Source: Prorocentrum cordatum (lineage: Eukaryota). Taken from it: a stretch of DNA of 64,000 bases. This document shows, in pieces, positions 13,966 to 22,850 of the stretch. The position numbers were made by a program, and so were the translations under genes. Location: contig CAUYUJ010000002.1 of NCBI GenBank assembly GCA_963575745.1, forward strand, positions 1,054,001 to 1,118,000, in the 5' to 3' direction. Under the pieces are notes generated by a model, which did not search any database, was not told the origin of the DNA, and worked only from the letters and a program-made list of their open reading frames with translations. Positions within the stretch are counted from its first letter, which is position 1. Every line of letters starts with the position of its first letter.

Positions 13966-14070
13966 GCGCGTGGGGGGTCAGGATGGCGTGAGTTCCACGG
14001 GAACCCCCTCAAAGTAGCAATGCAATGCTCACGTAGCTGTGCAACGTCCATGCGACGTAGCTCAGGTGCT

Positions 14071-14950
14071 TCAATACCCATTGGTGCGAGCACCAATCGC
14101 CGCAACGCCGGCAGCGGCGTGGCCCGCGGCAGCGCCTGCGGCGGCGGGGCCCGTCGGCGCCCTCGGGGCCTGGGCGGCGTTGGCCACCTGCGCCGCCCTG
14201 GTCGCTGCCGCCGCCTTCGCCCGCTCGTGGCGCTTGGCGTCAATCCAAACAACCTGCCACCTTGTCATTGGCGCCCTGGTTTTGATGCTCAGCTTCATGA
14301 GAGAGTTGTTCAGCTCGCGGGAAGTTGGCACGAGCTTCGCGAAGGGCCCACCTGTAGCTTCTGAGCCTTGTTCGGACGATGTGCACTTCTTGAAACGAAA
14401 GGCGCGCCGTCTTGGCACAGGGCTCGGCGTCCTTAGTGAGACCAACACTTTCATGCCGAACGACATCAACATGTTGGGCCTGCGCCCGCTGCTTTTCCGC
14501 AGGGGCACGCTGCGGAACCATGCCTCCAAGCACTCCCTGACGATCAGGCCGTGCAACGAACAGTACTGCAGCAACCGCGAGCACCCGAGGATCGGTTTCT
14601 CCTGGAACTCCTCCACCTCCTCCTGCACCTCCTTGCTGGGTAGCGCGGGGGGGTCCTTCTAGTAATTGAGAGACATATTGGCCACCTCACTTTGAGCAAC
14701 ACCCCTGGCCGTAGGACTTGAATTGCCAGTGCTGGCGCTCAAAGCAAACGTCGTACCCTTTGTTGGAACGATCTGAAGCATGCTTCTTGCAACCGCCACG
14801 TCTTCTGCTGCCACAGCGCCAGAGGGGCCTTGCTGCGCCGACACCTGGCGCGAACACGAAGGGTAGGTGAAGTGGAAGCGTTGCCAGGCTGAACGGCCTT
14901 GCCTGCCGCGGACTAGCGGTATCCACGTGTTTCATTGTGGAACGAAGCAT
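14071..14950 (-). pseudogene. Putative processed pseudogene of an unknown protein
   Basis: Lies directly downstream of a near-complete SL relic. One frame (14844..14071) is open for about 258 codons apart from a single stop near 14659. No family recognised. Confidence 0.4.
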
Positions 14951-14971
14951 TTAGAGCCATAATGGCTACGG
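14951..14971 (-). other. Near-complete relic dinoflagellate spliced leader
   Basis: Minus strand CCGTAGCCATTATGGCTCTAA versus DinoSL CCGTAGCCATTTTGGCTCAAG (18/21 identical). Confidence 0.75.
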
Positions 14972-16393
14972 GGCAGGGTAGGGGGGGAATGGGGGAGGAA
15001 AAGGAAGATCACCCAGGCTGGCCTATCTAAGGTGGGGGGCTGCACGGGCTGACCCCCCCCCCCCCTGGCCTGGCGTCTCTTGCTGCTGCTCCCCCTCTCG
15101 GGGACGTCCAAGAGAAGTGCTCGCAGATGATAGCCGTGTGCGCAGGGGGGAGCAGGAGCTGTGGCGAAAGAAAATAGGAATCCAGGGAGATATCATGGCC
15201 CCTGCCATGATGCACGCCCCCCTTTACTCATCACCCCCCTTATTGGACGCCCCCGCCTCTCTGCCCCGCTCCTGACAGCCCACCTGGGCCGCCCGTAGAC
15301 TCGCTTCTGGATGCGCCGCTGGGGCTACGGGCAAGACGGGACCCTGCATGAGGGACGAAGCCCCTTTGGGGCCCAATCTGTCCCTGGGCGCACAGTCTGG
15401 GTGTCCGAGGAGCGCCCGAGGAAGGAGACCGAGGAAGGACGCGGGGGGCCAAAGAGGTCACTTTTCCAAGGTTTCACCGCACGCGAAACGCCAAGAAATA
15501 CCGGGGAGGCGTGAGACCCGAAGTTGGAGGACTCGAGGTTACCTGGCGGCGCCGCCCGTGCTTGCGGGACACTGGCGGGGCCCAACCTGCAAAGCTGACG
15601 CGAGATCTCCCGGTGCAAACATTTCACACGCTTGGCAGTCAAATTTCGCGCAGAGGCCGCGAAGAAACGACACAAAACAAAGTCCCGGCAAACTCGAGTC
15701 TGGCTTTGCCCTGACATTCGCCCGCGTGCGAAGACGAGGGGCGCGAGAGAGGAGCAAGTATCCCGCCACACCCCCAAGTCTGTCTCGAATGCCCGGAGCC
15801 TGACCATCGCAAGCAGAAGAAACCATCACTGCGCACACACACACACACATTCACACACGTTGGCGCAAACGGCCTCACGCAGGGCGACAAGCGGGAGTCA
15901 GCGAGAGTACTAAGCGTGGGGTCGCGGACGGGGCCTCAGGAATCGCTACTGCGCAACAGACGCACACACACCACACACACAAACATCTACATACACTTTC
16001 GGAGCTCCGCGCGGACTTCATGGATCGTCGCTGGATTCCCCGTGGCGGCGCCGGGGGCGCGCCCTGCGCGCCAGGGAAGGGGGGGCCCCAGCGCAGATCG
16101 AAGAAACCCGCGCGGATCTCGAACACCTTCTGCTCGTGCAACTTTCTCTTCTCGGAGCAGGGGTCCCCTATCAAATTCTTCGCCGTCCCTGGCCCTCTCG
16201 GCCGAGGCACCCGCGAGGGGGAGCGGTCCAGGAGACATTTCGCCTCCTCGGGCCCTAAGGCCCTGCGGCCACATTCCGAAAAGGAGCCGACGCCGCCAGC
16301 CCGCAAGGATGGCAGCGGATCAAAACCAGATAGGCAAGATCACCCTTTTCGGAGGTCCGCGCCAGTCCTCAGCACCGAAGCCTCAGCTGGTGG

Positions 16394-16555
16394 GCCTGTC
16401 TTCCACCACCACCACCATAAGTCGAAGGGGGGGAGGAGGTGAAGGACGAAGAGGAGGGCGAAGGGCAGGAGGAGGAGGAGGAGGAGGAGGAGGAGGAGGA
16501 GGAGGACACCCTCCCCCTCCAACTCATGGTGGTGGTGGTGGTGGTGGAAGACAAG
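16394..16555. mobile_element. MITE family with (CCA)n-containing inverted ends and a GAG-repeat core
   Basis: CCTGTCTTCCACCACCACCACCATAAGT...ACTCATGGTGGTGGTGGTGGTGGTGGAAGACA; further copy at about 58950-59085, partial copies at about 24910-24950 and 58786-58825. Confidence 0.65.
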
Positions 16556-17319
16556 CCAATCATCTGCATTTCGCATTTTTGCGGAGGCCCTCTAAAGAAG
16601 TAAGAGCGGCACAACTATGCACGTTCGGAGGTCCGCGCGGACTGCTTTGATCGGCGCTGGGCTCCCTTGGCTGCGCCTCCAGCGCCGCCCCTGGAGCGCT
16701 CCGCGCGCCAGGGAGGGGGTCCTGCGCCGATCCAAGAACTCCGCGCCAAACTCCGCCCGTCTTTCCTCTTCGATCCCCCGCGATCTGGGCTGAAGATTGG
16801 CAGGCCAGAAAAGGGTAAGTACGGAAAAAAGGGGTACGATGCCCAACAGCAAAGGGCGACAGCAGCGGCTACTTGGCGGGGGTGTTTCTGCCTCAAGTGG
16901 ACACCGCTTGCAGCGACTCCGACAACGAGTCCTGCTAAAAATGGGCAGGCACTGCTGCTGGTCTTCGTCCCCATTCTTCCTGTGTCAATACCGATCGCAC
17001 CGAGAGAACGCGATCTTGGGAGATAGAGTCAAGTCGGGCGTGTCCCCCTACAGGCGGATTTCTGGAACAGTGAGAAATACTCAAACAATACCCCCAAATA
17101 GTCCAAACATAATCGAAACATCGTCCCCAAACTATTTGTGGACTATGTTTAAACATTCCTCCTGTAGAGGGACATGCCCGACTTAACGATAGAGGCAACG
17201 GGCTGCCGCAGGCGCGATCTTGGGAGGGCAGAGAAGCACCAGTACCGCTGCGCCCCAGACCTCTCCCGGGGTGCACTCCGACCTGGCGGGGGATCTCCAG
17301 GACGAGCAGCGTTATCGGT

Positions 17320-17612
17320 ATCTCCTCCTCCTCCTCGTCCTCGTCCTCCTCCTTCTCCTCGTCCTCCTCCTCCTCCTCCTAGTCCTCGTCCTCCTCCTCT
17401 GCCTCCCTCTTCTCCTCGTCCTCGTCCTCGTCCTCCTCCTCCTCCTCCTCCTCGTCCTCCTCCTCCTCCTCCTCCTCCTCCTCCTCCTCCTCCTCCTCCT
17501 CCTCCTCCTCCCCCTCGTCCTCGTCCTTCTCCTCCTCTTCCTCCTCGTCGTCTTCCTCCTCCTCCTCGTCCTCGTCCTGCTCCTCCTCCTCGTCCTCCTC
17601 CTCCTCCTCCTC
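17320..17612. repeat. (CTC)n/(GTCCTC)n microsatellite
   Basis: Read directly from the sequence. Confidence 0.95.
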
Positions 17613-17690
17613 TGCCCTTGCGCCCGAAGGGCCCCGTGCCCCCCGAGGCTGGCCTTGCAGCCCCGAGTGCACCCCACCGGCCGCGGTCGC

Positions 17691-17735
17691 TTAGAGCTCC
17701 ACGGTGGTGTCCTCGTAGGTGCCCGCGGCCACCAC
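17691..17735 (-). CDS. UGP: UDP-glucose pyrophosphorylase, exon 5 (last)
   Basis: Acceptor AAG|GTG; encodes VVAAGTYEDTTVEL followed by TAA, a plausible UGPase C-terminus in phase with exon 4. Confidence 0.75.
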   Translation of the reverse strand: MVAAGTYEDTTVEL

Positions 17736-17960
17736 CTTCTCTTCGGGTGGCCCAAAACGGGACGCACAGAGACACACTAGTACTATATGCCCTCCCTGGA
17801 GGCGTGCGTCCGACCCGAACATATAGTATACCCATCTCGTAGTATATGGTTTCCCGATCGGTGTGGGCAGAAAGTGCCCGCCACGACGCATATACTATAA
17901 GATTTCTGGGTGCGGGCGTCGCCCCTGGGGGGGCGACGGACATATAGTATAAGTATGCTA

Positions 17961-18231
17961 GGGTTGACGCCGACAAAAGGGGGTCCAGCTGAAAGGGCGT
18001 GGTGCAACAGATTTGGGGCTATTGTATTGCAAATGCACTGCGCCGGAAACTTGTATCGAATTGTATTGCAAGTAATGCATTGCACGCGAATGCATTGCAC
18101 GCCCCAAATGTATTGCGCCCCGGAATGTATTGCACGCCCCAAATGTATTGCAACCCCGCATATCGATTGCAGCCTATTGCACCATCTATTGCACCACCCC
18201 CTTGTCGCTGGACCCCCTTTTGGGTCAACCC
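17961..18231. mobile_element. MITE inside UGPase intron 4 with internal about 20-bp tandem repeats
   Basis: Inverted ends GGGTTGAC..AAAAGGGGGTCCAGC and GCTGGACCCCCTTTTGGGTCAACCC; internal AATGTATTGCAC repeats. Confidence 0.7.
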
Positions 18232-19110
18232 GATTCTCGGCATGAAGGGCATTGGGCTTAGGTCGGGCATGTCCCCCTACAGGCGGATTTTGGGCGAATG
18301 TTGTCAAACATTGGCAAAGATTGTCGACAAATCGTCCCCGGATTATTTTTTGACTGTTTTCGAATAGTGCTCCTGTAGAGGGACGTGCTCGACTCGAGCA
18401 TTGGGCGACGAAGAGAAAACGATCTCACGCGAGATGGCATAGCAACCTTGAGACGGCCCACCCGGGCCGCCGGCGCGGCACGCCACATCGGTAACGAGGG
18501 CGCGCGAATGTCGGCACTAATGAAACCGTTTTCCTGCGTCGCTCAATCAAAACGAAATCGAAACGAAAACGGCCCACGAAATCGCCAAAACACCGTTTAG
18601 GTCCACCCCTGGTGTGGTGACGAACCGCGCATTGACCTCGAAATCCACAAAAAGACCTCACCGCGCGGTCCGTCACCGCACGGTTTCGGGACCCTGGAGG
18701 CCCCAATCGCCCGAGGCATCTTCGGAGAACGATCACCCCGAACTGACTCACCACACGGTGTGGTCACCGCATCGTTTCGGGGCCTCCGATTAGGGTGCGC
18801 CAAAGATTCGAGCCAGGAACAAGGGGGTTAGCGCATCATGGCCCGAGGCATGTGCGCGGACGAGTGGGGGAAAGCAAATTATTTGAAAGACGAGGCGAGG
18901 GCTACGAAATCTGGGAGATTAGATCGTGGCCATGATATCCATCGTCCGTACACCCGTCTTGGACGCCCCCAGCAGTCCTGGACCGGCAGCTTTCCTCCAA
19001 ACCAGCTTTTCATCCTGAGCCGTTGATTCACTGCCCTGGGCACAAGAAGCGGCCCCAGAGACTGAAAACGGTGAAATGCCTCAGGACCCGTTCCCCTCAG
19101 GGCCGGGAAC

Positions 19111-19245
19111 CTTCTTCCCCTCGCCAGCGTTCTGGATCTTGACCTCTCCCTTGAGGACGACACCCGCGGCGAACTCGATCTCGCCGACCACCGTCAGCTT
19201 CTTGCAGAACTTGAGCGAGGGCACCCCGTTGGGGATCATGGTGTC
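19111..19245 (-). CDS. UGP: UDP-glucose pyrophosphorylase, exon 4
   Basis: CAG|GAC acceptor, AAG|GTT donor, 135 bp; DTMIPNGVPSLKFCKKLTVVGEIEFAAGVVLKGEVKI matches the UGPase C-terminal beta-helix. Confidence 0.9.
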
Positions 19246-19460
19246 CTGAGGGGCATAGATAGGGGGGACCGGCTCAGGGGGGGAAACGTCGAGCTGGAAT
19301 CGGCGACACATCGCCGATATATCGGCTATAGGCCCCCGACCACGAATCCGCACGTCACTGGGCGGGGTGGGGCTATCGGGCCCCTGTCGGCGATCACTTG
19401 ACGATTGGGGGTCGATGCGTCCCCCCCTGAGCTATCCCCCCTATTGCTGCCCCTGATGTC
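19246..19460 (-). mobile_element. UGPase intron 3, an Introner-like hairpin element
   Basis: About 35-bp imperfect inverted repeats lie a few nt inside both splice sites; GGACA direct repeat at both junctions; GA donor. Confidence 0.7.
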
Positions 19461-19721
19461 CATGGCGTCCACAAACTTGTACCGGTCGTCCAGCTTGACC
19501 AGGGGGGGCTTGCCCTCCCGCTCGGGAGCCAGCTCGACGCGGAAGTCCTCGGTCAGGACGTAGGCGTCGGACCGCAGCGCGAGCAGGTCGTCGCACTTCT
19601 TCACCGGCGCGAACCGCGTCCGCGGGATGCAGATAGCCTTCGCGCCCGCGAAGCAGGAAATGGCCGCGCCCATGGCGGTCTCGAGCTGGATGACCTTCGT
19701 GGACTTCTTGTCGCGCGGGTC
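19461..19721 (-). CDS. UGP: UDP-glucose pyrophosphorylase, exon 3
   Basis: CAG|GAC acceptor, ATG|GA donor, 261 bp; QLETAMGAAISCF and RFAPVKKCDDLLALRSDAY are conserved UGPase motifs. Confidence 0.93.
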
Positions 19722-19898
19722 CTGGGCAAACCAAGCGGAACCGATGATTACCGCTACTCCACCTCTCTTAGGGTGCGTTCTGACTATAGTGTCGAGGCGG
19801 ACCCAGCCGTAGCGACGAGGACTTCCCAAGTGGCTCAAAAAGGCGAAAACGAGGAACGGGTAGCGATATCGGTAAGCACCTCTTCTTCCTCTAAGGTC

Positions 19899-20003
19899 CA
19901 CAGTCTTGTCGTTCAACATCACCGGCAGTGGAATCGCGCCGCCAGCCGACTCGAAGAGAGACTTCAGCTGCACCAGGTCCACCCACAGGTTGTTGGTGTT
20001 GAA
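19899..20003 (-). CDS. UGP: UDP-glucose pyrophosphorylase, exon 2
   Basis: FNTNNLWVDL...LPVMLNDKTV; GTG|GA donor. The 5' boundary is uncertain because no AG lies at the homology-predicted position. Confidence 0.88.
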
Positions 20004-20029
20004 ATCCGCCCCCATGCTCAGCGGCCCCC

Positions 20030-20246
20030 TAGATGGGGTCCGAGTAGTTAGCTGGGGTCGGAGGATTTCGCTGCACCGCCGATGCATCGACGATGCATCG
20101 GCGATGCATCGGCGATGCATTGGCGATGTACTGACGACGTCGGCGACATCGGCGTGGAGAAAGTCTGGCTCCACATCGAGCCGCATCGTCGATATATCGG
20201 CGATGCGGCGCGATCCTCCGACCCTGTCTACTCGGACCCCATCTAG
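20030..20246. mobile_element. MITE family A copy in UGPase intron 1
   Basis: Long inverted ends CTAGATGGGGTCCGAGTAG and CTACTCGGACCCCATCTAG around a CGATGCATCG-rich core. Confidence 0.8.
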
Positions 20247-21216
20247 GAGGCCTAGAGCTCAGAACGCCCGTCAGCTGTCCAGCCTGGCTCCTGCAGTGTG
20301 AATATCTGGAGGGCCGGGATACAACCCCTCCTCGACGAGAGGGCCGCCGAAATCTCGGGCGTTCGTTGAGGCCCGCGCCTTCTAAGAAGCGGGGGTGCTT
20401 CTAAGAAGCCCTCCCCGCTCCCCACACCTCCCTCTGCACGTGGCTGAGTTCGTTGACAGGGGGGAGCAGCAAACGGCGGGTGCAGAGGTGTGCACCTCTC
20501 GAGCACCTTTTGGGCCCGCGGTGGCAGTCTGGATTCCACTCGATGCCCCTCCGAGGCTGCTTTCCTGTGATCTTCGGCCCCCTCACGCGCATGGCCCCCC
20601 CTGGCGCCACGTCCGCCCGGATCCTGGAGGCGGCTGGGGGAAAAAACGGTCAAGAAAGAAGATAAGGTAAGACGAAGCCAGGACGATGATAACGTCGGGC
20701 GTGGATAGATCGAGAATCTCTGAGATCCTGCGGCTCTGGAGGACGTCTCGAGCGCCGCGGCCTTCAGAGCATCCCAAAAAGCTCTGATAGCGTTCCGGAA
20801 CGCTCTGGAATGCTCTGATCAAGAAAGGGGATGAGGGCACATCCATTCAAAATCGGTCCCTGACCCCCCCCCGGGGTCGAAGCGGATACGTTTTTCTAAC
20901 CGCGTTCAGCCGCGGCGACGAGGAAGCCCCTTTCCCCCCTTTCTGGACGTCCCGAGACGTCCCAAGGACCCCCCAAGATGACGAGGGAGGAGGGAGCGGG
21001 AGGATGAGGAGGAGGCGGAGGAGGAGGAAGAGAAGGAGGAGGAAGAGGAGGAAGGGGACGGAGGAAGGAAACGGAGAACGAGGCTGAGAAGGATACGATG
21101 TTTGGTACCCGCACCAGGTAGGACAGTGAGCTGAAGTGGAGCGGGTCTTAAACTCAACCTCCTCCCTGCTGTGATGCTGCGCTGGCACGTCGGCGGGGTT
21201 CGCCGCAGGCGACTGG

Positions 21217-22077
21217 ATACGCGTACTTCGCCGTGTCTTGGAAAGCTTTCTCATCCTCCTCCGGACACTGCGCAGACTCGCGCAACGTAAGACCACCGTC
21301 GGACTTCTTAGTGGCGAGGTGGCCACCCTTCTTGTCGGCATCGGTGCGGTCAGCGACCTCCATCATGAAAGGGGCGCCGGTGCTCTTGAAGTAGGACAGC
21401 AACTTAAGGTCCATCGTCGCGCCCAAGTTGTCGGAGTTCGACACGAACATGTACTTCAGCCCCTTGGACAGGAGCTTGTCCAGGGTGCCACTGCCGAGCA
21501 TCGCGGGGTAGAGGTCACCATGCCCGGGCGGGCACCACTCGTTGTCTGGGGACGCGGGCCAGGACGCTGGCGCGTAGCCGTCCTTGGTGACCTTGGGGGC
21601 CTTGTTCTGCACGAAGGACAAGTCGGCGCCAGTGCCGAGATCTGGGTACCGTGCCAGTGCGGCCTGGGTGTCGGCCTCCGTGGCGAACGAGTTCATCAGC
21701 ATGAACTTCATGTCAGGCTGGCTGTAAGTCTTCTTCATCCATGCCACCTGCTTGGCTATGAGGTCGAGGAAGCTGTTCCCCTCGTTGACAGTGAGCAAGG
21801 ACTTCGCCTTATCCAGCCCCATGCCAGTACCGAGTCCGCCGTTCAACTTCAGGACGAGGGTTTTCTGCAACAGCTCCGGCTCCAAGGTCACGTCCAACGA
21901 CTCGTACCTCGGCAACGGCGCCACTGGGTCCAGCGCGGACTCTGGCATCATGGTGGACTCGCCAGAGCACAACACTTTGAAATTGTACTTGAACGCGTTG
22001 ATGGCGGCTTCGTTGCAACCGTCTCCCTTCATCTTCGCCTCGTAGGCTGGCCAGAGGGCATCGAAAGAGGCGGCCAT
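21217..22077 (-). CDS. UGP: UDP-glucose pyrophosphorylase (UTP--glucose-1-phosphate uridylyltransferase), exon 1
   Basis: ATG at 22077 (MAASFDALW...); motifs LKLNGGLGTGMGLDKAKS, LMNSF, WCPPGHGDLY, FVSNSDNLGA and KKGGHL. The five exons sum to about 468 aa, the normal size for this enzyme. Confidence 0.96.
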
Positions 22078-22136
22078 CCCTGCGGCCCAACACAAGCCAG
22101 AAAACCCTGGCTCGATCGGAAAGTGTTTGAGAACGG

Positions 22137-22146
22137 CTTGAGCCAA
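22137..22146 (-). other. Relic DinoSL 3' end upstream of UGPase
   Basis: TTGGCTCAAG on the coding strand ending about 60 nt before the ATG, the position expected for an SL/5'UTR junction. Confidence 0.7.
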
Positions 22147-22189
22147 GGGGGCTCACGCACAACAGTTGAGCAGGGACCGACCGTCCCAG

Positions 22190-22370
22190 CATTCCTAGAG
22201 TCCTACCACGACATTTTCTTACAACCCCCAAATGTTCTAAGAACAACCAGACGTTCTTAGAACAGAAACCCGATGTGTTAAACCAAGACAAACTCCGCCA
22301 AACATGTTCTAAAATATTTCGTGGTAACCACAAGAGGTTCTTAGGACATTCTTTGGTAGGGCTATAGGCG
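22190..22370. repeat. AT-richer dispersed MITE-like repeat
   Basis: Homologous to about 24495-24680; ends CCTACCAC...TGGTAGG. Confidence 0.6.
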
Positions 22371-22635
22371 AGCAGGCAGGCACTGCTTGAAGCAGGCTTT
22401 TGTCGTGACAGCGCACACGCCGGCTCCTCGTGCCACCCACTGCGGCCTGTCTGGGGCGCCCGCGGCGCCAGCTCCGGAGCTCCTCCGCTGGGCTCCCCTC
22501 TCGGACTGCCCACGTGACCAATCCGACCAGACCCGAATTCCCACGCTTCGGGTTGGGGGGGGGATTGGTTCCACATGTGTTTTTGTTCCACGCCCCCGGA
22601 TGCCCCCCCCCCCGCACTGGGCATGGAGGTAGAGG

Positions 22636-22850
22636 CCTCTTGGATGGGGTCGGAGGATCGCGCCGCATCGCCGATACATCGACGATGCATCGGCGATGTA
22701 TCGGCGATGCATCGGCGATGTGCAGACGATGCGTCGTCGACGTCGGCGATGCATCGGCGACGTCGACGTGAAGCAAACCGGGCTCCACATCGAACCGCAT
22801 CGCCGATGCATCGGCGATGCGGAGCGATCCTCCGACCCCATCTAGGAGGC
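22636..22850. mobile_element. MITE family A copy
   Basis: GATGGGGTCGGAGGATCGC...GCGATCCTCCGACCCCATC. Confidence 0.8.

Noticed and set aside
21213..21220. GTATCC as a U12-type donor for UGPase intron 1
   Set aside because: Only 6 nt match (consensus continues TT), and no U12 branch point or matching acceptor is visible.
21238..22260. 340-aa plus-strand ORF
   Set aside because: Antisense shadow of the GC3-rich UGPase exon 1.
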